Positions 39,060 through 49,805 of a DNA stretch of 64,000 bases are shown one piece after another (the stretch's first letter is position 1; each line of letters opens with the position of its first letter). The notes under the pieces were generated by a model that saw only the letters and a list, made by a program, of their open reading frames with translations, did no database searches and was not told where the DNA came from. The stretch spans positions 52,698 through 116,697 of the forward strand of contig JBHLLO010000001.1 in assembly GCA_048885535.1 (NCBI GenBank), in the 5' to 3' direction. A program made the position numbers and the translations under genes. Origin of the DNA: Candidatus Hermodarchaeota archaeon (GTDB lineage Archaea > Asgardarchaeota > Lokiarchaeia > Sigyniarchaeales > SOKP01).

Positions 39060-39992
39060 TTATAAGTTTTTTAGAAAGTTTGACATTTTTTCTGCTATCA
39101 TAGTAGCTGCGACAGTTTGATTTTCAATACTCTGAGAGGCAATATGGGGAGTAAGTATGAGATTTTCATCCCATTCTATTAATTCTTGATTTTTTAAGGG
39201 TTCTTCATGATATACATCAAGAGCAGCACCAGCGATATCTTTATTTTTCAATGCCTTCAATAAAGCCTTCTCGTCAATTAAATTGCCTCTTGCTGTATTA
39301 ATCAATATTGCATCTTTCCTCATTAACTTTAATCGCTCTTCATTGATTGTATTTTCAGTTTGGGGTGAAGAAGGAAGATGCAATGAGATAATCTGAGCCT
39401 CTTTTAGTAAATCTTCAATTGAAGGATAAATAGAACATCCAATATTTTTCGCTTCATCAATAGCTACTTGACCCTTACTAAATCTAGAATAAACTCCAAC
39501 ATCCATACCTAAAGCAATTGAAATTTTTGCCAGATGTTTAGCTATATTTCCAAATCCTACTAAACCAAGTTTTTTCCCGTTTAATGTGTATCCTAAACAT
39601 TCATTTTTATTCCACTGTGCTTCATGAGTTGTTCGATCAGCATATGAAATTTTTCTTGCTAAAGCAAGCATCAATCCTAGTGCAAATTCTGCAACTGAAA
39701 CAGCTGGAGCTTCAGGAGTATTTAAAACTTCAATATTCATTTCAGCTGCCTTTTTTCGATCCACATTATCTAAGCCAACTCCTGCTCTGCCAATAACTTT
39801 AAGATTTTTGGCGTTTTCTAAAACATCAGCAGTTAATTTTGTTCTTGAACGAACTACTATACCATCATAATCTCCTATTTCCTGTTTCAACTCTTCTTTG
39901 GTAATTGTAAACTTTTTAATAACTTCAAATCCATTATCCTCAAATATCTTGATACCCTCTTCTTGAAGTTCATCACTAATTAATATTTTCAT
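39060..39992 (-). CDS. serA: D-3-phosphoglycerate dehydrogenase (short form)
   Basis: VRSRTK, RAGVGLDNVD, GFGNI, INTARG, ALDV, TPHIA. Confidence 0.85.
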   Translation of the reverse strand: MKILISDELQEEGIKIFEDNGFEVIKKFTITKEELKQEIGDYDGIVVRSRTKLTADVLENAKNLKVIGRAGVGLDNVDRKKAAEMNIEVLNTPEAPAVSVAEFALGLMLALARKISYADRTTHEAQWNKNECLGYTLNGKKLGLVGFGNIAKHLAKISIALGMDVGVYSRFSKGQVAIDEAKNIGCSIYPSIEDLLKEAQIISLHLPSSPQTENTINEERLKLMRKDAILINTARGNLIDEKALLKALKNKDIAGAALDVYHEEPLKNQELIEWDENLILTPHIASQSIENQTVAATMIAEKMSNFLKNL

Positions 39993-40153
39993 TTACATCA
40001 CATAGAATAATTTTAATTAGATTGAATACATTTTTTAGTTTTCAAGTCTATATAGAGTTTTTGATATTTTAACTATCCTCATTTCAAATTATAAAGCAGT
40101 AATTGAAAAAAATAAAGTAGATAGAGTCTAAAGTTTTATCCATTGATTTGCTT

Positions 40154-41269
40154 TTATTTTATATCAATTAATATATTTGCTAATACATCTAACATCTCTT
40201 GAAGGTCTTTGAGTTGAATTTCTCCCATATGACCAATTCGAAATGTTTTATTTGCAAGATCTCCATACCCATTAACAATTCGAAAACCTTTTTCTAGAAG
40301 TAAAGAAACCATTTGGGGAATATTAAGATCTAACGAATTTTTGATTGTAGAAACAGTATTGGACTCATAACCTTTCTCAGGAAACATATCAAGATTGACA
40401 TTTTCTACCCATTTGCGAGTTATTTCCCCTAATTGTCTATGTCTCTCAAATCTTTTTTCTAAACCTTCAATATTAAGAATATAATCTAATTGTGCAGTTA
40501 ACCCTCTTATTTGAGGTATAGGAGGAGTTGTTGGAGTTTGATGTTTAGCAACATGTCTTTTATGCAAGTCAATGAAATCAAAATATAAACCCCTATTTTT
40601 TACATTTTTTGCTTTCTCTACAGCGACATCAGAAATAGAGCAAACAGCTAGCCCTGGAGGTAAAGCAAAACATTTTTGAACAGAAGCTAAACAAACATCT
40701 ATTTTTAATTTATCTACCTCAATTTTTACTCCTGCCATCGAAGATGTAGCATCTACACACAATAAAGCGCCTGAGTCTTTAACTACTGGTGCTATTTTTT
40801 CGATTGGATTATAAACTCCAGTAGAAGTTTCATTTGCTTGAATGAACACTACTGAATATTTTTCCTTACTTAAAGCTTTTTGAGCGAATTCGGGTGTTAT
40901 TGCTTTACCCCACTCAACTCCTTCTTTAATAGAATCTTTTCCATTGGTTTCTCCTATTTCAAACCATCGATCTCCAAAAGCTCCAATCGAGAAGAATAAA
41001 CCTTTTTCATCCTCCTTAATTAAATTTCTTACACACGCTTCCATTATCCCCGTTGCACTTGATGTAAAAATTAAACATTCATTTTTAGTATATAGTAATT
41101 TTTGAAGACCTTCTGTGGCTAATTGGTGCATTTCTGAATAAGGTTTAGATCTATGAGTGTCATTTGGCTTTGCCATCTCTTTTAATATTCTTTCTGGCAC
41201 ATAAACTGGACCTGGAGTAAACAATTTTAATTGCGAACCTTCTTCCCTATTAAAATGAATTTCGGACAT
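40154..41269 (-). CDS. Class V PLP aminotransferase (archaeal phosphoserine/serine-pyruvate aminotransferase)
   Basis: LFTPGP, NETSTGV, VDATSS, SVQKCFALPPGL, FRIGHMG; adjacent to serA. Confidence 0.9.
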   Translation of the reverse strand: MSEIHFNREEGSQLKLFTPGPVYVPERILKEMAKPNDTHRSKPYSEMHQLATEGLQKLLYTKNECLIFTSSATGIMEACVRNLIKEDEKGLFFSIGAFGDRWFEIGETNGKDSIKEGVEWGKAITPEFAQKALSKEKYSVVFIQANETSTGVYNPIEKIAPVVKDSGALLCVDATSSMAGVKIEVDKLKIDVCLASVQKCFALPPGLAVCSISDVAVEKAKNVKNRGLYFDFIDLHKRHVAKHQTPTTPPIPQIRGLTAQLDYILNIEGLEKRFERHRQLGEITRKWVENVNLDMFPEKGYESNTVSTIKNSLDLNIPQMVSLLLEKGFRIVNGYGDLANKTFRIGHMGEIQLKDLQEMLDVLANILIDIK

Positions 41270-41345
41270 AATCGTTTTATATTTTAGATTAGTTAAAAAT
41301 TTTTAGTAGAATATGATAAATTTAACTTTAGTGTTGTTATAATTT

Positions 41346-42026
41346 TTATTCTTTGGCTAACTTTCTCAGTTCTATCATTCGGTTGATGTCGTACTGAGAA
41401 TAATCACCTAAGATATAGAAAAAGTATTTAAAATTTCTCAATCTTAAAGATAATTCATATTCACTTAAATACATAATTGCCCGGAAAATGATATTAATTA
41501 ATAAAGAAATAGAAAATGCAACAATATAAAAAAGATAAAAATATTCTGCCGAAGCAAATGCCATAATTGTAAGAATAATTGTAAAAGTTCCAGCTATTAT
41601 ATTCATTAAGCGATATCTGAATGGATATTCTTTTATAATAAGACCTTTTATTGTTCCAGCTATACCAACGAGTAACAGGGGAAAACTCATGAGATATATT
41701 ACTTCAGCTATACCAACGTTTGGTCGTGAAAAAATTATAAGTAGAACGTAAAAACTAAAAGCTGTAAAGGCTACTCCAAGTATAATTTGTAACGCATTTA
41801 AAGCTTTTTCTCTAAGCTTTTTGAATAAACCTTTACCAATCTTGTAAATTCCATAAAAGAAAAGCGTAATTATGGGGTATACAATAATTGACATTAAAGC
41901 GACTAACTTTAAGAATATAGCTAATATAAAGAAATTTATAATTAAAATAATTGACATTACATTATCAGCACGTATTTTTTGCTTAAGCATTACATTCTCA
42001 ATAATATAGCTCAAAGAAATATTCAC
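41346..42026 (-). CDS. Membrane protein (DUF308-like)
   Basis: About 6 TM segments. Confidence 0.6.
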   Translation of the reverse strand: MNISLSYIIENVMLKQKIRADNVMSIILIINFFILAIFLKLVALMSIIVYPIITLFFYGIYKIGKGLFKKLREKALNALQIILGVAFTAFSFYVLLIIFSRPNVGIAEVIYLMSFPLLLVGIAGTIKGLIIKEYPFRYRLMNIIAGTFTIILTIMAFASAEYFYLFYIVAFSISLLINIIFRAIMYLSEYELSLRLRNFKYFFYILGDYSQYDINRMIELRKLAKE

Positions 42027-42130
42027 CTAAATAAAATAATAGTTATGAAAACTTATTAAATTATTGAGTAAGTTTATTTTTATAAATTTTATTCAAATAA
42101 TAACCCAAAAAACTTTACTAATAGCAGGGA

Positions 42131-43081
42131 TTATAAGAAAAGTATTATATAATTACCTAAAATGATTAATATAACAGCGAGTAAAAATCTTTTTCTAAAT
42201 TTTTCTTTCAGGATTAAAATTGAAAAAATTTGTTGAACCATGGGGGTATTAGCAGTAATTGTTGCAGTTAAAACTAAGCCATTTATTTCAGCAGCTTTTA
42301 TAAATATTGCATCAGCCAAACCCAAAGATAATATGCCTGCAATTCCTATTAAAATGAAATACTTTAAATTTTTCCGATTTTCCTTCCTAAATCCATCGTA
42401 ATATTCTTTTTTAAAAACTCCAAGAATTGTAACCATTACAAAACCGAAACCAACTCTGAAGAAATTAGAGACAAAAACATCTCCAATTAATATATTAGCT
42501 GGGTTAAATGTGACATAAGCAAACGTAATATATGCAACTGCCCAAAAAAAAGCTGTACCAATTGCTAATAATACACCTATAATTAGATCCTCTGATATTT
42601 TTTCTTTAAGACTTCCTCTTGCATTTATTCGCGTAGGTTTATCTTTTGAACTTAATATAAACACACTTGATAAAATTAGAGCTCCTCCGATTAATATAGA
42701 AATAGTTATTTCATCTCCAAAGAGAAAGAAAGAGAAGGGATATACAAATACTAGTGATAATTGAGTAAGTGGATAAGCTCTAGATGCATCAATCTTCTTC
42801 AAGGACATATAATATAATAAATCTCCAATTGTTACACTCAAACCAGATATAAAACATATAAAAATAAACATTAGAACTTCTATGTAAGGCATATTTTGAA
42901 GAAATAAATAACTCCCAAAAATTATTGAGATTATAAATGTGCTTAGGCTGACACAACACAACCTAAAGAATAAATTTGGTTTTGCTTGAGTTTTTTGAAG
43001 ACCCCATTTATAGACTAGTGAAGCTAAAGCCCATGTAAATAAGGCATCCATAGCTAGTAAATAACCAATTAATTCAGCCAT
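42131..43081 (-). CDS. DMT/EamA family transporter
   Basis: Two EamA repeats, about 10 TM. Confidence 0.88.
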   Translation of the reverse strand: MAELIGYLLAMDALFTWALASLVYKWGLQKTQAKPNLFFRLCCVSLSTFIISIIFGSYLFLQNMPYIEVLMFIFICFISGLSVTIGDLLYYMSLKKIDASRAYPLTQLSLVFVYPFSFFLFGDEITISILIGGALILSSVFILSSKDKPTRINARGSLKEKISEDLIIGVLLAIGTAFFWAVAYITFAYVTFNPANILIGDVFVSNFFRVGFGFVMVTILGVFKKEYYDGFRKENRKNLKYFILIGIAGILSLGLADAIFIKAAEINGLVLTATITANTPMVQQIFSILILKEKFRKRFLLAVILIILGNYIILFL

Positions 43082-43143
43082 AATCTATAAGGTATTTAAT
43101 ATTATTTTAAAACTATATCAAATGCTAAATAATTGAAAACAAG

Positions 43144-43761
43144 TTAAGGCTTTTTAACCAACAAATAAATTGACACACTCAAAATCCATGTAGAAATCGC
43201 AAAAGTCATAATCCATTCAATAAAAGGTATCCATGTTAATATAAATAATATAATAATTATAATAGTGGTAAATCCCAGATATGAAAGAAATCTATCAAAA
43301 TGATTGCTTTTAAGAAAGAGAATACTATATAAGAATATGTACAAAATTGCCGTAATCATGCATATTAAAAAGAATATTCCGTGTAAATTATAGAATAAGC
43401 TATTATAAAGTAGCGAAGGAAAAATTCCAATCAAAGAAAAAAAGATACAAGAATTTAATGCTGCCATAATAGCAGTCTTTCTAAAATTGTTATTATATTT
43501 TTCTATTCTTAGTGTCCTATCAATATGGACGTACAAAGGAATAGCAAAGATACCCGAAAAAAAAACTCCCAAATTGAAATATATTGCCCCAGGAGAGTAT
43601 TCACCACCCAACCAACTTATCATACAACTAAAATCAAATCCAGTAAAAAGTATGAAAGATAAAATAATACCAGAAAAATATATTATTACAGATAACAAAC
43701 CAAATAATGGTCCAAATATATAATCCATGAAATTGTTATTATAAATCTTTTTAGCTTTCAT
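43144..43761 (-). CDS. DUF998 family membrane protein
   Basis: ISWLG, FNLG, IGIFP, LHG, EW. Confidence 0.75.
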   Translation of the reverse strand: MKAKKIYNNNFMDYIFGPLFGLLSVIIYFSGIILSFILFTGFDFSCMISWLGGEYSPGAIYFNLGVFFSGIFAIPLYVHIDRTLRIEKYNNNFRKTAIMAALNSCIFFSLIGIFPSLLYNSLFYNLHGIFFLICMITAILYIFLYSILFLKSNHFDRFLSYLGFTTIIIIILFILTWIPFIEWIMTFAISTWILSVSIYLLVKKP

Positions 43762-44945
43762 AATCCCTGTTTTTCTTCTTTTATTTTTAAGATTAACTCT
43801 CTTGATGGAACCTGATTAAATAAAAACATATTAATAACTTCTTCTTTAAATCTTTCATTTGTTGATGCTAACCTTAACATCGTCGAAAAATTAATACCTC
43901 CATTTTCAAAAAAGAAATCTACCATCAAAGCTTTCATTTTAAAAATCTTAATAATTTTTTTGATGCTTGGAGAGGAGTAATAACGTCTTAAAGTTTCTTT
44001 AGCAATACATTCCTTTTCTAAAGCACTAATAGCGGTTTCAGCAGCCTCTTTTCCCGATACGACACTTGAATGGATACCTTCACCACTAATAGGAGATACA
44101 AATCCAGCAGCATCACCAATAATCATAATATTTTCACCAAATAAAGAATTCACTTTTACTCCTAATGCTGGTAAAGGATAAGCTGCTTCCCATATATTTT
44201 TATAGTTTGTATTTGAAATCAAATTTACTATAAAAGGTTCTCTAATGAATTCATTATAGAGTTGATTAATATTATAGTTAATATTTTCTTCTTGCCAAGT
44301 TCCGCAACCAATGTTTAATCGTTTTTCACCTATGGGGAATATCCAACCATATCCTTTATATGGTTTAAAAAAGAGATACATACAATCCTTCTTTAAATTG
44401 TTTTCTCCCTCTAGAATCGCACATTTACCTATACCAATTTCATTAATATTCCACTTCTCTCGTAAACCTGATTTTAATGCTAATTTTGAACTCATTCCAT
44501 CAGCAATAATGATTATTTTTCCTAAATACTCTTCTGTTCCTATAGATGTCTTTGTTTTTATTCCAACCAATTTACGATTTTTTGATAAAAAATCAAAAGA
44601 AAAATTTTTATCAAATAGTTCAGCTCCCGCATCTACAGCAGCCTCTCGAATAATATTGTCAAAGAGTAGACGATCAACATTGATTGAATAATCTCGAATA
44701 TTTTTCCATGAATATTTCAACAAATTATAATCTGCAGAGTATAAATTCATTCCTGTAATCTGTAAATAGTTTGATTTGCGTAACTGAGGATAGTATTTGA
44801 AAATTCTAGAACTAACGGCACCCCCACAAGGTTTACGCCAATTTGAGTTCTTTTCTATTAAAGCAACCCTAAATCCTGCTTTTGCAAGAGTTTCAGCACA
44901 TTTCGATCCAGAGGGACCAGCCCCAGAGATAATTACATCATACAT
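43758..44945 (-). CDS. Geranylgeranyl reductase family FAD oxidoreductase
   Basis: GAGPSG, KPCGG, ADG, GYGWIFP, GDAAGFVSPISGEGI. Confidence 0.92.
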   Translation of the reverse strand: MYDVIISGAGPSGSKCAETLAKAGFRVALIEKNSNWRKPCGGAVSSRIFKYYPQLRKSNYLQITGMNLYSADYNLLKYSWKNIRDYSINVDRLLFDNIIREAAVDAGAELFDKNFSFDFLSKNRKLVGIKTKTSIGTEEYLGKIIIIADGMSSKLALKSGLREKWNINEIGIGKCAILEGENNLKKDCMYLFFKPYKGYGWIFPIGEKRLNIGCGTWQEENINYNINQLYNEFIREPFIVNLISNTNYKNIWEAAYPLPALGVKVNSLFGENIMIIGDAAGFVSPISGEGIHSSVVSGKEAAETAISALEKECIAKETLRRYYSSPSIKKIIKIFKMKALMVDFFFENGGINFSTMLRLASTNERFKEEVINMFLFNQVPSRELILKIKEEKQGL

Positions 44946-45108
44946 AATTACATCCTACAGTTTTGATTAGTAACTTGAGAAATCAAGTTTAACTTTTCAA
45001 TTTTTATTTTTTAGCTCTATTTAGGACCAATTAATAATTCTGATCATTAATCAAAATTTATTAAAAATTACGAAAAAGTTATTAAAATAGAAGTAATTTA
45101 AAACTATT

Positions 45109-45798
45109 ATGAGAGATGAAGATATCTTAAAACCTTCTAAATCTGTATTTTTAAATAATTCAAATTTGAATGCCAAAGATGAGGAAAAAGGGTTAACGTA
45201 TAAAACTGGAACTACAACAGTAGGATTAATTTGTAAAGATGCAGTAATTCTTGCTACAGACAAAAGAGCTTCAATGGCTTACTTTGTATCAAGTAAAACC
45301 GCTGAAAAACTTCATATGGTTCAAGATTACCTCTATATGACTATTGCAGGGAGTGTAGCAGACGCCTTATATCTTGTCGATATTTTAAGAGCAGAGACTA
45401 GCTTATATCAACTAACGCATGAGAAAACCATTAAAGTAAAATCAGCTGCAAGATTATTGAGCAATATTTTATATCAAAACAAGCTATTTCCTTTCGAAGT
45501 TGGACTAATTCTTGGAGGAGTTACCGAAGAAGAGGGTCCTACCCTATTAGATATTGGAGCCTATGGTTCAATTCTGTCAGAGAAATTTTGTGCAGTTGGT
45601 AGTGGACAGAACTTTTCATACGGAGTTTTAGAAGCAAAGTATAAAGATAATCTATCAGTGAAAGAAGGAAAAGACATTGTAATTAAAGCTGTAACTTCTT
45701 CTATCATAAGAGATATGGCTTCAGGTAATGGTATTGATATTGCTGTTATAAAAAAAGAAGGACCAGCAGAAAGAGAATTCATATCCATCAAAGAATAG
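45109..45798 (+). CDS. psmB: Proteasome beta subunit
   Basis: Propeptide then KTG|TTTVG, DKRAS, TIAGSVADA, GSG, RDMASG. Confidence 0.96.
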   Translation: MRDEDILKPSKSVFLNNSNLNAKDEEKGLTYKTGTTTVGLICKDAVILATDKRASMAYFVSSKTAEKLHMVQDYLYMTIAGSVADALYLVDILRAETSLYQLTHEKTIKVKSAARLLSNILYQNKLFPFEVGLILGGVTEEEGPTLLDIGAYGSILSEKFCAVGSGQNFSYGVLEAKYKDNLSVKEGKDIVIKAVTSSIIRDMASGNGIDIAVIKKEGPAEREFISIKE

Positions 45799-46139
45799 TA
45801 TATATCTATTAAAAAACAATATAAAGTCTTTTTAAATTTAACTGGATTTGAAGTTCAAGAACTTTTACTCATTAATGATAAATATACTAGAACCTTTTGA
45901 TGTATAATCGTATAAATCAGTTTTTATAAGCCATTCCATATGTATTTGCTCTTTCTCTATTTAAATATTTTGTAATAATAAAGCTTAAATCTTAGGATTT
46001 CAATAAATTTAAAAAGAATAGCATATCTTTAAAAAATAAATTACAAATTATAAAGATAGAAGAATCAACTGGTTAAGCTCTCAATTACTTATAAAAACAC
46101 AAATTGCCTAATAAAAGTTTTATTTGGGGTTCCATCAAG

Positions 46140-46871
46140 ATGAGTTACAGCATTATTATTGATTTATCTCACAAGGAGAAAGTTGAAGAATTTCCAGAAA
46201 TTTCTTTGGGCGAAGAAGATATTGAAATTGATTATATAGATAAAAATGAAGGTCCTATCGATTTTGAAACAATTGAGGATTATGACATACTATTTATTGG
46301 AAACATACAGCATACAAAAAATGGACCTAATGATAAATTTACTAAAGATGAATTATTAGCAATAAAGAAATATGTAGGAGAGGGTGGAGGACTGCTCTTA
46401 ACTAGTGGTGATGGTGGCGATAAAGACATATCTATGAAAGATGGCTCAATAAGAGTCTTGTATAAAATAACAGGTGTAAAAAGGTTCTGGAATGGTGTGA
46501 TTCAAGAAGCACCTTCTAATTTTTTAGTAAATAGAAATAATCTCTTAATAAATGAGATCTTTAGCCATCCTATATCTAGTGGGGTCACTGAAGTAGTCTT
46601 TCCAAATTGTACATTTTTTACTATCACAGAAGAGGATGTTGAGGATATAATCGTCACCTCTGAAAAAGCAGAGTTCAAATATTTTATTGATGATGATATA
46701 AGTGCTATTGGACCAGTTCCTATATGTGTAGTTTCTGATTTTTACAATGGGAGAAGCATTACAATAGGTTCTTCAGATTTTTTGATTGAGGATTCAGATT
46801 TTGGGCTTGATGCGGGAGATAATCTCCTATTTCTTGAAAATGTTATTAAATGGTTAACATTTGAAATTTAG
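46140..46871 (+). CDS. GATase-like GIFT (GldG/IFT52-type) domain protein
   Basis: Likely ATG at 46140; IIIDLSHKE, KFTKDELLAIKKYVGEGGGLL, HPISSGV, GRSITIGSSDF, DNLLFLENVIKWL. Confidence 0.65.
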   Translation: MSYSIIIDLSHKEKVEEFPEISLGEEDIEIDYIDKNEGPIDFETIEDYDILFIGNIQHTKNGPNDKFTKDELLAIKKYVGEGGGLLLTSGDGGDKDISMKDGSIRVLYKITGVKRFWNGVIQEAPSNFLVNRNNLLINEIFSHPISSGVTEVVFPNCTFFTITEEDVEDIIVTSEKAEFKYFIDDDISAIGPVPICVVSDFYNGRSITIGSSDFLIEDSDFGLDAGDNLLFLENVIKWLTFEI

Positions 46872-48010
46872 TGATTTTTTCTATCTCTAATGGTATTATG
46901 GTATTTAGAATTATTCGTCCTAATGCAGAAAGCGTTTGGCAGGATAAAAATATTTTAGCTAGATTTCCCTATTATAAAAATATAATTGATGGTAATCAAA
47001 TAGCAAGATATTTAGTTGCTAAGAGCTTAGAATGCGTATTTAGTCCACAAGATTCCATTAGCGATCTAGAGCAATTATTAAACGATAAGTCAAAAGAGTT
47101 TAAAAACCTCGTGTTGTTAGAATTCAGTGATTTAAAAAATAGAGAAATAGTTGCAAATTCTTATCTCAAATTAGCTGAAACTATAGCAATTAAATACCTT
47201 GAAGATTGTATATTTTGTGAGAGACAGTGCAAAGTAAATAGAATTGATGGGGAAAAAGGTTATTGCTTATTAACTAAAGACTCCTACGTTTCAAGCGCAT
47301 TTCTTCATATGGGAGAAGAGAGCGTACTAATTCCCAGTGGTACAATTTTTTTCCAAAGCTGTAATTTTGGATGTGTATTTTGTCAAAATTATGATATTTC
47401 TCAAGCATGGAAAAAGGTTAAAGCAATCGAAGATGTCGCTCGAAAGGTTAAAGAAAAAGAATTGGCAATTTTAGCTGAAAAATTAGCAGAGAGAGGAGCT
47501 ATTAATATCAATTATGTTGGCGGAGATCCAATACCAAATATTCATACCATCTTAGGAAGTCTCACTTATCAAAAAACTAATATTTGCCAGCTATGGAATT
47601 CTAATTTTTATTTAACAGAACAATCGCTCTCATTAATTATAGATTTTATGGATTTTTGGCTTCCTGATTTTAAATATGGGAATAACAAATGCGGGGAAAA
47701 ATATTCAGGAATTAAGAATTACTATGTTATCATTACGAGAAATCTTAAAAAAATTCACGATGAAGGTAGTGGTGAGATCATAATCAGGCATCTAGTGATG
47801 CCTAATCACATTGAGTGTTGCTCTAAACCGATTTTAGATTTTGTAGCAAAAGAGGTACCCAAATGTGTTGTTAATATAATGGGACAATATAGGCCAGAAT
47901 ATAAAGCAAATCAATTTCATGAAATTAATCGCCGACCTACTTCTCAAGAAATGCAAGAAGTTAGAAATTATGCCGATAAACTTGGAATACTTTGGAAACC
48001 AGTATCATAA
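46871..48010 (+). CDS. Radical SAM protein, PflX family
   Basis: HMGEE, SGTIFF, CNFGCVFCQNYDIS, PDFKYG, RHLVMP, MGQYRP. Confidence 0.92.
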   Translation: MIFSISNGIMVFRIIRPNAESVWQDKNILARFPYYKNIIDGNQIARYLVAKSLECVFSPQDSISDLEQLLNDKSKEFKNLVLLEFSDLKNREIVANSYLKLAETIAIKYLEDCIFCERQCKVNRIDGEKGYCLLTKDSYVSSAFLHMGEESVLIPSGTIFFQSCNFGCVFCQNYDISQAWKKVKAIEDVARKVKEKELAILAEKLAERGAININYVGGDPIPNIHTILGSLTYQKTNICQLWNSNFYLTEQSLSLIIDFMDFWLPDFKYGNNKCGEKYSGIKNYYVIITRNLKKIHDEGSGEIIIRHLVMPNHIECCSKPILDFVAKEVPKCVVNIMGQYRPEYKANQFHEINRRPTSQEMQEVRNYADKLGILWKPVS

Positions 48011-48055
48011 AAGGATATTAGTTTTAATTTAAAAATAAAAAAAAGTAATTATAAT

Positions 48056-49588
48056 TTAGGGCTTACGTTTTTTCCTTTTCACTATTACTATGCTTACTAT
48101 AATTAAGAAAAGGACTCCAGCAGTTATTCCTACTATGAGATAGATATAAAAATCTGGGAAACGTTCTGGACATGCTATGCAAGTGTTATTCTCAAGCACA
48201 GTTCCGTCACAGTTGAATTCAGAAATGCAGAGGCTATTACAATAGAGATAATTATTGGCGACATATGTTAGGTTGCAACGATCTAAATTGATCCCAATCT
48301 GATTATAATTAATAGTGTTTCCAATAATGTTAGTAGCATTACTATTATCTATGAAGATACCATTTTTAGTATTACTCATTATTTTATTATTTGTTATATT
48401 TACCCTCTGAGAAAAGATAACTTCCACTCCATGTTCGTTATGATTTACATTATTTTCAGATACGCTAATGTTATTACAATAGAAGATCTCTATTCCAGAA
48501 CCAACACAATAACTAATATTATTTCTTAAGATATTAGCATGACTAAAATGTTCTACATGCATGCCCCTACTTTCAAAATCTTGTAATGCATTATCGATTA
48601 TTCGACTATTATTTAGGTTGATAGAATGAATACCAAAGTAAGAATCCTGGATAAAATTATGAGTAATTCTATTATAATTACCATCTGATATACTTATCCC
48701 GGCCCAATAATCTGCAATGAGAGTATTATCAGAAATTAAAGAATTACTGCAAGAGTAAGCTTTCAATCCGTCTTGATCACAATCAGTAATTGTATTCCCA
48801 ATTACCTTACAATCGTTGATATTCCCCATTGAAATTCCACATTCTTCAGCAAAAGATACTGTATTTCCAATAATCGTGTGGTTATGTGTAACTCCTTGTA
48901 TATCAATTCCATTATAATAACTATTATTAATTGTATTTTGGATAATCCGAGCATAATTGCTAGCATAAATATGGATCCCAAATAATCCATTATTATTTGT
49001 AGTACATTCTTTCACCGTATTGTTATCGCTTCCTATACCTGAATTCCAATATATAGCAATTCCCCAATCCTTATTATCATTAGCTATACAATCCCAAACT
49101 GTATTGTTAATACTTTTTTCTACCACAATACCTGCTTGGTTGTTAAATGAACACGTGTTATTATGGATTCTACCATTATTAGTATAATCAAGATGGATTC
49201 CTGCGTATTTTACGCCAAAATCTCCATCAGCAGCATTAGTTAAAGTACAGTTTCGAATTTCAAAGTATGCTTGAGAATTTCGAATTCTAATACAGCTAGT
49301 TGTGTTTAATCCATCGATGTATACATTTTCAATTAAATATGGGTCATTCCATGTTCCTGAACCAGAACACCAATCAAAGTTCAAGGCAGTGTAAGACCAA
49401 TTCTGTGATGGATTTGCCTCATTAATATCTATAGGTGTTCCTGTGAGATCCCAGTAAGCAGCTACTTTAAAGTCTTTTTTTTCTTTAAAAACTAAGTCTA
49501 CTTTAAAATTAATGCTACATATCGCAGTTAATATTAGGATAATAAAAATTACGATAAATCTTACCTTAGATTTACTAAAACTTTTCAT
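48056..49588 (-). CDS. Cell-surface right-handed beta-helix (NosD/CASH) protein with C-terminal TM anchor
   Basis: Signal peptide, WCSGSGTWNDPYLIEN motif, many GI-x-I...N repeats, TM helix + KRKKRK. Confidence 0.85.
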   Translation of the reverse strand: MKSFSKSKVRFIVIFIILILTAICSINFKVDLVFKEKKDFKVAAYWDLTGTPIDINEANPSQNWSYTALNFDWCSGSGTWNDPYLIENVYIDGLNTTSCIRIRNSQAYFEIRNCTLTNAADGDFGVKYAGIHLDYTNNGRIHNNTCSFNNQAGIVVEKSINNTVWDCIANDNKDWGIAIYWNSGIGSDNNTVKECTTNNNGLFGIHIYASNYARIIQNTINNSYYNGIDIQGVTHNHTIIGNTVSFAEECGISMGNINDCKVIGNTITDCDQDGLKAYSCSNSLISDNTLIADYWAGISISDGNYNRITHNFIQDSYFGIHSINLNNSRIIDNALQDFESRGMHVEHFSHANILRNNISYCVGSGIEIFYCNNISVSENNVNHNEHGVEVIFSQRVNITNNKIMSNTKNGIFIDNSNATNIIGNTINYNQIGINLDRCNLTYVANNYLYCNSLCISEFNCDGTVLENNTCIACPERFPDFYIYLIVGITAGVLFLIIVSIVIVKRKKRKP

Positions 49589-49805
49589 TAGATTTCCCCA
49601 AAAAATTTATGATCGAAATAAATAATTATGTTCTAATATTTAACAATTTTGTTAAAGAATTGGCTTTTATATTAAAACTAGATTTTAAATGATGATTTTA
49701 ATAATTTTTAACTAATTATAGAAAAATCTAAAAACTATCATTTATTTTTAACTTTAACTAATTAATTAACATGATTCTTAAATTTTGAATTGAGATTGGT
49801 TCCAA

